Source of the DNA: Ignavibacteriota bacterium
GTDB lineage: Bacteria; Bacteroidota; Ignavibacteria; UBA10030
Reading direction: 5' to 3'
DNA length: 64,000 nt
NCBI GenBank assembly: GCA_963701295.1
Contig: OY969585.1
Span: forward strand, 2,112,001 to 2,176,000
The position numbers and the translations under genes are program-made. The notes under the pieces were generated by a model. The model was not told the origin of the DNA. It saw nothing but the letters and a program-made list of their open reading frames with translations, and searched no databases. Numbering within the stretch: the stretch's first letter is position 1; each line of letters opens with the position of its first letter. Below, piece by piece: positions 50,514 through 60,403 of the stretch.

Positions 50514-51341
50514 ATGACTGAATTACGACAAAAGATTAACGAAGCAATAAAGTTTATCCGATCCAAGACGGATACGAAACCCGGGATCGGTATTATTCTT
50601 GGTACTGGTCTTGGTGGATTAGTAAAAGAGATCAAGAAGGAAATTGTAATCGATTATGGAAAAATTCCGCATTTTCCTATTTCAACGGTCGAATCGCACC
50701 ATGGCAAATTGATTTTTGGAACGCTCTCCGGCAAGAAGATCGTAGCGATGCAGGGACGTTTCCATATGTATGAGGGATATAATCTGAAGCAAGTCACATT
50801 TCCTGTACGGGTCATGAAATTTCTCGGTGTGGAAAGTCTTCTTATATCGAATGCTGCCGGCGCACTGAATCCGCTTTTCAAAAAGGGTGATGTGATGATT
50901 ATGAGTGATCACATTAATTTGCTGGGTGACAATCCGCTGATTGGCCCGAATGATGATGAGCTTGGCCCACGTTTTCCGGATATGTCGGAGGCATACAGCA
51001 AAGAACTTATTGCTCTTGCTGAGCAGGCTGCTCTTGATTTGAAGATTCGAATACAAAAGGGTGTATACGTAGCAATGCCAGGGCCGAATCTGGAGACCAG
51101 GGCTGAGTACCGTTTCCTCCGGACAATCGGAGCGGATGCTGTCGGTATGTCCACGGTGCCGGAAGATATAGTAGCAGTGCACATGGGAATGAAGGTCCTA
51201 GGTTTTTCCATTCTCACAGATGAGTGCTTTCCAGATGCATTGAAGCCGGCGTTATTGGAAGAGATTCTTAAAGTCGCTATGAAAGCCGAACCAAAAATGA
51301 CAGCGATTATGAAAGAAGTTGTGAAGAGAATGCAAAAATAA
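50514..51341 (+). CDS. Purine-nucleoside phosphorylase (trimeric PunA type)
   Basis: GIILGTGLG, IPHFP.STVESH.G, MQGRFH.YEG, NAAG, GPNLETRAE, GADAVGMSTVPE. Confidence 0.93.
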   Translation: MTELRQKINEAIKFIRSKTDTKPGIGIILGTGLGGLVKEIKKEIVIDYGKIPHFPISTVESHHGKLIFGTLSGKKIVAMQGRFHMYEGYNLKQVTFPVRVMKFLGVESLLISNAAGALNPLFKKGDVMIMSDHINLLGDNPLIGPNDDELGPRFPDMSEAYSKELIALAEQAALDLKIRIQKGVYVAMPGPNLETRAEYRFLRTIGADAVGMSTVPEDIVAVHMGMKVLGFSILTDECFPDALKPALLEEILKVAMKAEPKMTAIMKEVVKRMQK

Positions 51342-51435
51342 AGATCGATTAGAAATAAGGGATTGGAATCGCTGGCATCTCATCATCTCATCGAAAATCA
51401 GCAAACCACACAATTACTCAATCGTAAATAAAAAG

Positions 51436-54400
51436 ATGTATAAGCAATTAACCGATAAAATAAATTTTCAAACACTTGAATCTGAAATCCTAAAGTCTTG
51501 GGAAGCGAACGGTATTTTCAAAAAGAGTATCTCGACACGCGAAGGAAAGCCCAAATTTTCTTTCTATGAAGGTCCGCCAACGGCAAACGGCCGCCCCGGC
51601 ATCCACCACGTTATGGCGCGGACACTGAAGGATATCATTTGCCGCTACAAGACGATGCAGGGTTTTCAAGTACAACGCAAGGCTGGATGGGACACACACG
51701 GTTTGCCCGTTGAGATCGAAGTCGAAAAATCGCTCGGCTTCAAATATAAAGACGATATCATTGCGTACGGAGTAGCGAAATTCAACGAAGAGTGTAAGAA
51801 ATCCGTTTGGAAGTACAAGGTTGACTGGGAAGAATTGACTCGTATGATGGGCTATTGGGTTGATCTTCAGCATCCGTATGTTACTTTCGACAATAACTAT
51901 ATCGAGTCCATTTGGTGGGCGTTGAAGCAGTACTTTGACAAGGGACTTATTTATAAGGGATTTAAGATTCAACCATACTGTCCGCGGTGTGAAACACCGT
52001 TGTCATCTCATGAGGTTTCGCTTGGTTATAAAGATGTCAAAGATCCATCAATCTATATCAAGTTGAAAGTCAAAGGGGAAGAGAATACATACTTCCTTGT
52101 ATGGACAACGACACCATGGACATTAATCTCAAACGTTGCCATTGCTGTTCATCCGGATGTCGACTATGTGAAGGTGGAACATAAGGGTGAAAAGTACATT
52201 CTCGCTCAAGCGCGTCTTTCTATCTTGGATGATGAATATGTGGTTCTCGAAGAGTTTAAAGGAGCTACACTTGCCGGCAAAGAATACGAACGGATGTTTT
52301 CGTACCATCCGGTAAAAGAAAAAGGTTGGTATGTTGTGCTTGCCGATTTTGTCACAACCGAAGATGGCTCCGGTATTGTCCATATGGCTCCAGCGTATGG
52401 CGAAGACGATTATCAGGTAGGACGTAAATACGGGTTACCCACAATTCATCCTGTGAACAAATCGGGAGCATTCAATTCTGAAGTAACGGATTTTGCTGGA
52501 ATGTTTGTGAAGGATGCCGATCTCGAAATCATTCAGAATCTTCGTCATCGCAATATTCTTTATAAGAAAGAACTGCATCTTCATAGTTATCCGCATTGCT
52601 GGCGATGCTCAGCACCGCTGTTGTACTATGCGCGCGAGTCGTGGTATATCCGTACAACAGATTACGCCAAACGGATGATTGAGCTGAATAAACAGATCAA
52701 CTGGATTCCACCGGACGTTGGCGCCGGTCGTTTCGGTAACTGGCTTGAAGAAAATAAAGATTGGGCGATTTCGAGAGACCGTTTCTGGGGAACACCGTTG
52801 CCTATTTGGCTTTGCGAGAAGTGCGGCAAACAAAAATGTGTCGGCAGTGTTGTGGAATTCCGGAAAGGCAAGAATGTGCCGGATCCGCTTGATCTTCATA
52901 AACCGTATGTCGATGGTGTCACATTCTCATGCGATTGCGGCGGCACCATGAATCGTACGCCTGAACTTATTGATGTCTGGTTCGATTCCGGTTCAATGCC
53001 GTTTGCGCAATGGCATTATCCGTTTGAGAATAAAGAAATTTTCGAGAAGGCATATCCCGCGGATTTCATTTCAGAAGGGATTGACCAAACACGCGGTTGG
53101 TTTTATACATTGCATTCCATCGGAACATTTTTATTCGATAAGCCGGCATACAAAAACGTGCTTGTCAATGAGCTTATTCTCGATAAGACCGGCCAGAAAA
53201 TGTCGAAGTCTAAAGGGAATACTGTTGACCCAATTGCGTTGATGAAGAAGTACGGTGCTGATACCGTGCGTTGGTATTTAGTCTCGCAAAGTCCGGTGTG
53301 GAGGACGACATTATTTGATGAAGAAGGTATCGGTGAAGTGCAGCGAAAATTCTTTAGTACATTGACAAACACATATTCTTTCTTCGCTCTCTATGCTAAT
53401 GTAGACAAATACGATAACACTGGACCCAAGATTCCGATCAACGAACGACAAGAGATCGATCAATGGATTCTATCGGAATTGAATACATTGGTAATGACAT
53501 ATCTCCAGTCGGTCGATGGATACGACGTGACGCGTGCCGCGCGCGCAGTGAGCGATTTCACGATCGACCAGCTTTCTAATTGGTATGTCCGCCGTAATCG
53601 CCGTCGTTTTTGGAAAAGCGAGAACGGAAAAGACAAAACTGCTGCGTACCAAACACTTCATGAATGTTTATTGACAATCAGCAAACTTATTGCCCCATTC
53701 GCGCCGTTCCTGGCTGATGAAATGTATCGAAACCTCGTAGTAGGAAACAAATCGATGTCGGAGTCTGTTCATTTGCAAGAAATGCCAAAAGCAGATGCAA
53801 ACGTAATTTATCCGGAGCTGGAGCATCGGATGGAATATGCAATCAAAATTGTGGGTCTTGTGCGTGCAATGCGAATGAAGTCAAATTTGAAGGTGCGTCA
53901 ACCGTTGCAGAAGATTATCGTACCATTCAAATCTGAAGCGGACCGGCATGAAATTGAACAGATGGAAGATGTCATTCTTGAAGAGATCAACGTCAAACAA
54001 ATCGAATACATTGCAGATGAGTCTACACTCATCAAGAAAAAATCTAAACCGAATTTTAAAACCTTGGGACCAAAATTTGGTAAATCGGTTCAGCCGATTG
54101 CAGCACGGCTGCGAGATCTGACATCTGAAGAAATGAGCAAGTTGCAATCGCAAGGTACATTGATGTTGAACGTCAGCGGAACAGAATACATCATCGACGC
54201 ATCCGATGTGGAAATTCTACACGAAGACATTCAAGGTTGGCTGGTAGAAACAGACGGACAGATCACCGTTGCGCTCGATACGGCTCTCACGGATGAACTC
54301 ATCGATGAAGGGCTTGCACGCGAGTTTGTAAATCGTGTACAAAATTTGCGGAAAGACTCAGGCTTTGAAGTCACCGACAGAATTCGAATTGCGCACGCTT

Positions 54401-54567
54401 CATCGGAACGATTGGCAAAAGCGTTAGGGCGTATGGTTCAGTATGTCCAGCAAGAGACGTTAGCAGTCGAGTTAAAACCTATATCGAGTGCAGATGCTTT
54501 GAAGCAAGGTGCAAAAAACGAAGATATCAATGGTGAACCGAGCGCAATTGCAGTTGAGAAAAATTAG
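51436..54567 (+). CDS. ileS: Isoleucine--tRNA ligase (IleRS2 type)
   Basis: FYEGPPTANG.PGIHH, GWDTHGLPVE, WTTTPWTL, DWAISRDRFWGTPLP, EGIDQTRGWF, KMSKS; long IleRS2-type C-terminus. Confidence 0.97.
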   Translation: MYKQLTDKINFQTLESEILKSWEANGIFKKSISTREGKPKFSFYEGPPTANGRPGIHHVMARTLKDIICRYKTMQGFQVQRKAGWDTHGLPVEIEVEKSLGFKYKDDIIAYGVAKFNEECKKSVWKYKVDWEELTRMMGYWVDLQHPYVTFDNNYIESIWWALKQYFDKGLIYKGFKIQPYCPRCETPLSSHEVSLGYKDVKDPSIYIKLKVKGEENTYFLVWTTTPWTLISNVAIAVHPDVDYVKVEHKGEKYILAQARLSILDDEYVVLEEFKGATLAGKEYERMFSYHPVKEKGWYVVLADFVTTEDGSGIVHMAPAYGEDDYQVGRKYGLPTIHPVNKSGAFNSEVTDFAGMFVKDADLEIIQNLRHRNILYKKELHLHSYPHCWRCSAPLLYYARESWYIRTTDYAKRMIELNKQINWIPPDVGAGRFGNWLEENKDWAISRDRFWGTPLPIWLCEKCGKQKCVGSVVEFRKGKNVPDPLDLHKPYVDGVTFSCDCGGTMNRTPELIDVWFDSGSMPFAQWHYPFENKEIFEKAYPADFISEGIDQTRGWFYTLHSIGTFLFDKPAYKNVLVNELILDKTGQKMSKSKGNTVDPIALMKKYGADTVRWYLVSQSPVWRTTLFDEEGIGEVQRKFFSTLTNTYSFFALYANVDKYDNTGPKIPINERQEIDQWILSELNTLVMTYLQSVDGYDVTRAARAVSDFTIDQLSNWYVRRNRRRFWKSENGKDKTAAYQTLHECLLTISKLIAPFAPFLADEMYRNLVVGNKSMSESVHLQEMPKADANVIYPELEHRMEYAIKIVGLVRAMRMKSNLKVRQPLQKIIVPFKSEADRHEIEQMEDVILEEINVKQIEYIADESTLIKKKSKPNFKTLGPKFGKSVQPIAARLRDLTSEEMSKLQSQGTLMLNVSGTEYIIDASDVEILHEDIQGWLVETDGQITVALDTALTDELIDEGLAREFVNRVQNLRKDSGFEVTDRIRIAHASSERLAKALGRMVQYVQQETLAVELKPISSADALKQGAKNEDINGEPSAIAVEKN

Positions 54568-54601
54568 TATATATTGATGCAATTATTATCGTAGGAGAAT
54601 T

Positions 54602-55111
54602 ATGGCAAAGAAGAAAGTTGTAAAGAAGTCTCCGGCAAAAAAGACGACCAAGCGTATAATGTTGAAACCTAAAATCGATAAAAAGAAAACGAAAACGAGG
54701 ACTGTCGCTGTGAATGTCGTATCCAAGAAAGGATACGGCAAAAGGGGTCTTGAACATTTCAAGACTATCATCCTAGAGAAACGAAAAGAAATTCTTGAAG
54801 AACTGGAATCATTGAAATCAACGATGATGGACGTAACAACCGGACAGTACGAAACTGAGAATTCGACATACTCTTCGCACATGGAACAAGGCACAGATGC
54901 AATGGAACGCGAAAAAACATTTCTCTTTGCATCACGCGAAGGGAAATTTCTCAATTATCTCGACGATGCTTTGAAACGGATCGAAAATGGAACTTATGGA
55001 TTTTGTACAGAATGTGGAACCCTGATGGATAAAGAGCGGCTCGAAGCAGTGCCGCATGCTCATCAATGTATCGATTGCAAAACAAAATTAGTCGGGAATA
55101 AAATAGTGTAA
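54602..55111 (+). CDS. TraR/DksA C4 zinc-finger protein with Lys-rich N-tail
   Basis: ALKRIENGTYGFCTECG...ERLEAVP....CIDCK. Confidence 0.9.
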   Translation: MAKKKVVKKSPAKKTTKRIMLKPKIDKKKTKTRTVAVNVVSKKGYGKRGLEHFKTIILEKRKEILEELESLKSTMMDVTTGQYETENSTYSSHMEQGTDAMEREKTFLFASREGKFLNYLDDALKRIENGTYGFCTECGTLMDKERLEAVPHAHQCIDCKTKLVGNKIV

Positions 55112-55222
55112 TTACTGGTTGGTAGTTTGTGTTTCAGTGTGTGACTCGGCTACAGAATAGGTAGTATACCAAATCACCAATCGAAAATTTTCAATCTCAA
55201 ATTTGAATGAATTGAGGTCTTA

Positions 55223-55879
55223 TTGCGTGTTCTTTTTGTCACTCTCGGTATTGTCCTTTTTGATCAAATTACCAAACTGTTCGTAAAAGGATTTTCCCTT
55301 CCTTTTTTCGATTTTTATTACCAGGGGATGCAGCTTGGGCAAAGTATTCCGGTGATCGGTGATTTCCTTCGTCTAACGTTTGTCGAAAATTCCGGAATGG
55401 CATTTGGGATAGAAATTGGCGGGCGACTGTTTCTTACCGTTTTCTCTTTGATTGCAAGTATTGGAATTTTCTACTATATCTATCGAGTTCGGAATGAGGC
55501 GTTCATTATTCGCCTCACGTTAGCAATGATTCTTGGCGGAGCAATTGGCAATCTCATTGATCGGTGCTTCTATGGTGTTATCTTTGGAGAAGCGCCATTG
55601 TTCTATGGGAAGGTTGTCGATTTCATCGATATGAATTTCTTCTATATTAATTTTCTTGGAATCCATATGGACCGCTTTGCTGTGTTTAATGTAGCGGATG
55701 CTTCTGTTTCCACCGGTATCGTTTTGATGCTGCTCTTCCACAAGAAATTTACAGATGTAGACAAATCTACTGTCGTGGTCACAGAAGGAACGAAAACTTT
55801 TCCTGACCATAATTCTGCACAGGATAACCTGAGTGAACCAAAAAGTGACGTACAGAGTTCTTCGGTGAATCCATCATAA
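55223..55879 (+). CDS. lspA: Lipoprotein signal peptidase II
   Basis: DQITK, EN.GMAFG, GGAIGNLIDR, VVDFI, VFNVADA. Confidence 0.95.
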   Translation: MRVLFVTLGIVLFDQITKLFVKGFSLPFFDFYYQGMQLGQSIPVIGDFLRLTFVENSGMAFGIEIGGRLFLTVFSLIASIGIFYYIYRVRNEAFIIRLTLAMILGGAIGNLIDRCFYGVIFGEAPLFYGKVVDFIDMNFFYINFLGIHMDRFAVFNVADASVSTGIVLMLLFHKKFTDVDKSTVVVTEGTKTFPDHNSAQDNLSEPKSDVQSSSVNPS

Positions 55880-55890
55880 GTGCACATACT

Positions 55891-56880
55891 ATGTTTTCTC
55901 ATCCATCCTCTGATGGAAGTCTGGAAGAACGAGAACACGCCCGCATTGTTGTTCCTGCCGGTGAACACCGTAAACGCATTGATGTCTATCTTACACATCA
56001 CATAGAAAACGCAACACGCAGCAAAGTTCAGCAGGCAATCGAAGCCGGCATGGTATTGGTGAATGGCAAGATCGTCAGGTCTAGTTACCAGCTTCATCCT
56101 AACGATGTCATCGATGTGACATTTCCACGCCCGCTGCAACCCGATGCACTGGCAGAAAATATTCCTCTCGACATTGTGTACGAAGACGGAGATTTGTTAG
56201 TTGTAAATAAGCCTGCTGGAATGGTAACGCATCCGGCATACACTCATTATACAGGCACACTTGTGAATGCGCTTCTATTTCATTGCAATCATCTTTCGAA
56301 GATTAACACTGAAATGCGGCCCGGCATTGTGCACCGGCTTGATAAAGATACGACAGGTTTGATGGTGATTGCAAAGACTGATACAGTACATGCCTTTCTT
56401 GCAAAACAGTTTTCAAAGCGTACGATTGACCGAGAATATTGGGCTGTTGTCTGGGGGCGATTCAAGTCACCGAAAGGAACCATCGATGCGAATCTTGGAC
56501 GAAGCAAGCGTGATCGAAAAAAAGTGGCAGTAACGGAAGATGGAAAATCTGCAATTACGGAATACGAGGTGATAAAAGAATACGAATTCCTTTCACTCGT
56601 TCGACTCCATCTGAAAACCGGACGCACGCATCAGATTCGTGTGCATCTGGCGCACATCGGCCATCCTGTCTTCGGAGATCCTACCTACAACGGACGCAGT
56701 AATACTTGGAATGGTTTGGAAGGGAAGAATGCCCAACAAGCGGGGAAATTACTGAAGTTGATCTCACGTCAAGCGTTACACGCAAAGACCATCGGTTTTA
56801 TTCATCCTGCGACAAAAGAATTTGTGAAATTCAATTCTGATCTACCGAACGATATGCTGGCAGTATTAGCGAGCATTTAG
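55891..56880 (+). CDS. rluD: RluA/RluD-family 23S rRNA pseudouridine synthase
   Basis: S4 domain, VVNKPAGMVTHP, GIVHRLDKDTTG, KTGRTHQIRVH, GDP.Y, RQALHA..IGFIHP. Confidence 0.93.
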   Translation: MFSHPSSDGSLEEREHARIVVPAGEHRKRIDVYLTHHIENATRSKVQQAIEAGMVLVNGKIVRSSYQLHPNDVIDVTFPRPLQPDALAENIPLDIVYEDGDLLVVNKPAGMVTHPAYTHYTGTLVNALLFHCNHLSKINTEMRPGIVHRLDKDTTGLMVIAKTDTVHAFLAKQFSKRTIDREYWAVVWGRFKSPKGTIDANLGRSKRDRKKVAVTEDGKSAITEYEVIKEYEFLSLVRLHLKTGRTHQIRVHLAHIGHPVFGDPTYNGRSNTWNGLEGKNAQQAGKLLKLISRQALHAKTIGFIHPATKEFVKFNSDLPNDMLAVLASI

Positions 56881-56998
56881 TTGAACAGGGAAGAGTGAAC
56901 TAATCCGTTCTCGCTGATTAAGTCAGTCAATAAAGGAACATTTTAAAATGCGATATGTCAAATTATGCTCTCGATTTTGAACAAATACTAATTTTAAA

Positions 56999-59398
56999 AT
57001 GACACTACAACGTAAAAATATTCTGTTTACTCTAATACTTCTTGGTGCATCGACAGCGTCCACACAGACGTCATTTGTTATTCGTGGTAAGGTAGTCGAT
57101 GCCGCCAATGATGAACCGCTTCCCTCGGCAACCATAAGATTCATTGGAACTTCGCAGGGAACTATCACGAATGCTCAAGGGGAATTCCAATACACTGTCC
57201 GCGATTCACTCGCGACAATTGCAGTAAGTTATGTCGGCCACACGTCGGATACCATCACGTTTTTCAGTGGAAGCTCACACGGTGTGCTGATTCGCTTGCA
57301 GCCCAATGCCATTCAAGTGGCTGAAATGATTGTGACAGGCGAAGACCCAGCGTACGAAATTATTCGTGCTGCAATCGAGAGCAAAAAGAAATGGATGAAG
57401 CAGTTAACATCCTATGAGGGGAAGGCATTCAATCGGCTAGAGATTCGTGCAAAAGATTCTATTGCCGCTATTACGGAAGCATATTCGACGCTCTATTGGC
57501 GAAGTGATGATTCCCTCCGCGAAATTGTTACACAAAAAAAGCAAACAGGTAATCTTCCTAAATCGATGCAGGCGGTACGTGTAGGGAACGTAATCAATTT
57601 TAACGATGATGAAATTGCGATGGGAGGATTTCGCTTCACTGGCCCGACAGCGCGGGATGCATTTGACTTCTACGACTACAAGTTGCGTTCCACTCGAAGA
57701 ATGGACGATTTTGATGTATACGAAATCGAGGTGATACCGAAATCGCGCATCAATCCTTTGTTCAAAGGAACAATCGCGATTGCCGAACGTTCCTATGCTG
57801 TCATTGAAGCCGATCTTGAACCGAATGAAGCGTACGAGCAGCCGTTCCTTCATTTCTTAAAATCGCATTATAAGCAATCGTTTCGGCTTTTCAACAACAC
57901 GGTATGGCTTCCTGTGCATTATCGCTTCGAGGGAAATCTGGAATTGCGCATTATGGGAATCAGAATTCCGCCCATCGGTATCGAACGGGATGTAGTCATC
58001 TACGATTATCGGGTGAACCCCGAACTCCCCGACAGCATTCGCAAAATAAGCAAAACAGCAGTCGACTCATCTGCGAAGAAAATTGATTCGACCTTTTGGG
58101 CGACGCACGATGTGCTGCAGTTAACGGTAGAACAGGACAGCGCCTATCATAAACTCGACAGCACGCAAACATTGGAAAAACAATTTGCTCCATCCGGTGC
58201 GATGGTAAATCTTATGAATTCGATGTCTACCGGTATCTTCAGTTATCTGGATCTGTCATTCAATCGCGTGGAAGCATGGCATCTGGGAATCTCCAAAACG
58301 GCAGATTCATTGACGAGCGGGCTGGGTGTTCGAGGCGGAACGGCATACGGAACGGCAGATCAAAGATGGAAATGGCACGCCGGGGCGACACTATCATTCG
58401 GTGATACGGTGAGGAGCACTGCTTCATTCGGTGCTGCAGTAATTTCCATATCCGACCGAAGTTGGTCATTTGCTTTGGATGCGTATGATCAGTTGGAAGA
58501 ATTTCCGCTTGTATTGATGAAGGATCGGTTCTTCAATATCTTCAGTGCTTTATTCGATCATTCGGATGCGTACGATTATTATGCTGCTCGCGGTGTAGAG
58601 GCGGCATTGACCTATATTCCGGCAGCTTCCTGGCGAGTATCTCTAACAGGGCTCTCGGAGGATCAGCAATCGCTTGCCAAGCATACGGAATATTCATTCT
58701 TCGAACGCTCCAAGACTTATCCGGATAATCCTTCCATTGCCGATGGGAGAATGAACAGTGTAACACTGAATGGAAGATATGCCACGACAGAGATACCGGG
58801 AATGACACGGAATGCTTTCAGTACATCAGCATCGATGGAATATTCTGATCCATTTCTAAAGAGTGATTATTTGTTCACTCAGTTTAACGTGAAGCTTCGC
58901 GGAAAAATATCCACGATGAATGATAACTTATTATTCCCGCCATCACTCACTTTTATACTCAATGCCGGGACAACAGCGGGACATCTACCACCGCAGAGAT
59001 ATTTCTCGCTTGCCTCCAACGTGCTGTTTGTCGGAGAACAAGGGACACTCCGCGGTGTTGGGTCGCGTGAATACTACGGAGATCGGTATGCCGTGTGTTC
59101 TATCGAATATAATTTCCGTCGTGCCCCATTTGCGCTGACAGGAATCAAAGCGCTCTATGAATCGAAGCTTGAATTGATTGTAACGGGAGCCGTAGCGCGG
59201 TCTTGGTTTTCTGACCAGGTGCTTCGGACGCCGCAATTTCCTGTAAATGATACTCATGGCTGGGACTATGAAGCGGGAATCGGTGTTTCGAACATACTCG
59301 ATTTCTTTCGCATCGATCTTTCGTATCGTTTCACTCAACCGAGCCAAGTGATGTTCACGCTTTTGCTCTCAGATTTTGTTTCAGACTTTGCACGATAG
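56999..59398 (+). CDS. Outer-membrane protein with N-terminal carboxypeptidase-regulatory-like domain (DUF5686-like)
   Basis: Signal peptide; G.V.DA...EPLP.ATI....T..GT.TN..G.F; EDPAYEIIR.AI; FNRVE; Y.EAGIGVSNI..FFRIDLSYR. Confidence 0.75.
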   Translation: MTLQRKNILFTLILLGASTASTQTSFVIRGKVVDAANDEPLPSATIRFIGTSQGTITNAQGEFQYTVRDSLATIAVSYVGHTSDTITFFSGSSHGVLIRLQPNAIQVAEMIVTGEDPAYEIIRAAIESKKKWMKQLTSYEGKAFNRLEIRAKDSIAAITEAYSTLYWRSDDSLREIVTQKKQTGNLPKSMQAVRVGNVINFNDDEIAMGGFRFTGPTARDAFDFYDYKLRSTRRMDDFDVYEIEVIPKSRINPLFKGTIAIAERSYAVIEADLEPNEAYEQPFLHFLKSHYKQSFRLFNNTVWLPVHYRFEGNLELRIMGIRIPPIGIERDVVIYDYRVNPELPDSIRKISKTAVDSSAKKIDSTFWATHDVLQLTVEQDSAYHKLDSTQTLEKQFAPSGAMVNLMNSMSTGIFSYLDLSFNRVEAWHLGISKTADSLTSGLGVRGGTAYGTADQRWKWHAGATLSFGDTVRSTASFGAAVISISDRSWSFALDAYDQLEEFPLVLMKDRFFNIFSALFDHSDAYDYYAARGVEAALTYIPAASWRVSLTGLSEDQQSLAKHTEYSFFERSKTYPDNPSIADGRMNSVTLNGRYATTEIPGMTRNAFSTSASMEYSDPFLKSDYLFTQFNVKLRGKISTMNDNLLFPPSLTFILNAGTTAGHLPPQRYFSLASNVLFVGEQGTLRGVGSREYYGDRYAVCSIEYNFRRAPFALTGIKALYESKLELIVTGAVARSWFSDQVLRTPQFPVNDTHGWDYEAGIGVSNILDFFRIDLSYRFTQPSQVMFTLLLSDFVSDFAR

Positions 59399-59519
59399 CC
59401 TGAGTTTTTTCTCACCAAGTGCTCGACCCATTCTGGATGATACATCTTCGTTGTATTCGTAGAGGGATTGACCGAAAAGTTGGTGGTCGCAATCTCCCGC
59501 ATACCTAAGCTTGCCTGCG

Positions 59520-59651
59520 GAAGATGATCTCGCGTCAAGTACTGCGCACGCAGAACCTATCGGTTTTATTCATCCTATGACAAAAGAATTTATAAAATTC
59601 GATTCTGAATTGCCAGAGGATATACAAAGTGTTCTAAAAAGAACCCGGTGA
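59520..59651 (+). pseudogene. Diverged duplicate of the rluD 3' end
   Basis: Aligns with 56754-56880, including an exact 18-mer ATCGGTTTTATTCATCCT. Encodes IGFIHPMTKEFIKFDSELPEDIQSVLKRTR*. Confidence 0.85.
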
Positions 59652-59731
59652 GATTTCTGTCATTGGTGTTCAAACTTGTATGGTTAGAATCAAAGACCAT
59701 CATAACAACTTTTATTCAACACAGAGTATAT

Positions 59732-60388
59732 TCAGTTGTTGTTTGCTCCTTGGTTAATCCAATCACGAATTAATGTGATATCACTTGTGCTGAGAGCGCC
59801 ACCTTGTGGCATCTGACTTCCGCATGTAGTTCCAGAGACTTTTTTATAGAGCACACTATTAGCGGCATCGTATGGAAGAACACGTTTCAAGGAAGTACAG
59901 CTTGATTGTGCATTTATGTTGACCAGATTGTTGTAGCTGACACTCGCGGTAATCGTCAATCCTCCATAGCCGCCATGACAACTAGTGCATCGGCTGTTAA
60001 AGATCGGTTGAATCTGATTTGAGAATGAAACGAGTGGAAGAGTTCCAAGAATTGAAATGATAATCTCCAGACTATCAGCAATTGGTGTTTTACTATCAGC
60101 CACGACGGTGTTTGTGCTGCCTGTGTCGATACCGGAGATTGTAAGAATTGATGAAGCCAACAACACAGCAGCTTTTGCGACATTGGGCTGTCTTTTGATA
60201 GAATAAGGTGATTTGCCTCCTGATAATGTAATTTGTTTGGAAGCTCCTTTTGCGACGGACACGTTAGTGCTGCTTGCGGACAATCCCGACAGTGGAGGAA
60301 CTTCTGTCCCTATGTCTTTGCAGCTGTAGATGACAACAATAATGATCGCAACGATAAGAATGATGGAAAAACTTTGTTTGGAATTCAT
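59732..60388 (-). CDS. Lipoprotein with Ig-like domain and C-terminal monoheme cytochrome c (planctomycete-cytochrome-like)
   Basis: Lipobox IYSC; VSF..QIQPIF..RCTSCHGG...S.LY.KV.G...QMP....L...DI.LIRDWI.QGA. Confidence 0.82.
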   Translation of the reverse strand: MNSKQSFSIILIVAIIIVVIYSCKDIGTEVPPLSGLSASSTNVSVAKGASKQITLSGGKSPYSIKRQPNVAKAAVLLASSILTISGIDTGSTNTVVADSKTPIADSLEIIISILGTLPLVSFSNQIQPIFNSRCTSCHGGYGGLTITASVSYNNLVNINAQSSCTSLKRVLPYDAANSVLYKKVSGTTCGSQMPQGGALSTSDITLIRDWINQGANNN

Positions 60389-60403
60389 AGGTATCTCGCT
60401 GTG

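Noticed and set aside
55112-55222. Degenerate low-complexity repeats (AATCxxxAAT-like) here and at 51342-51435
   Set aside because: Too degenerate to define a unit; no T-box or riboswitch features upstream of ileS.
56889-56928. Possible decayed REP or hairpin after rluD
   Set aside because: Weak stem and no GTAG head.
59520-59651. rluD tail copy as a DGR template/variable repeat pair
   Set aside because: Differences are not adenine-specific and follow codon-conservative divergence; no reverse transcriptase in the window.
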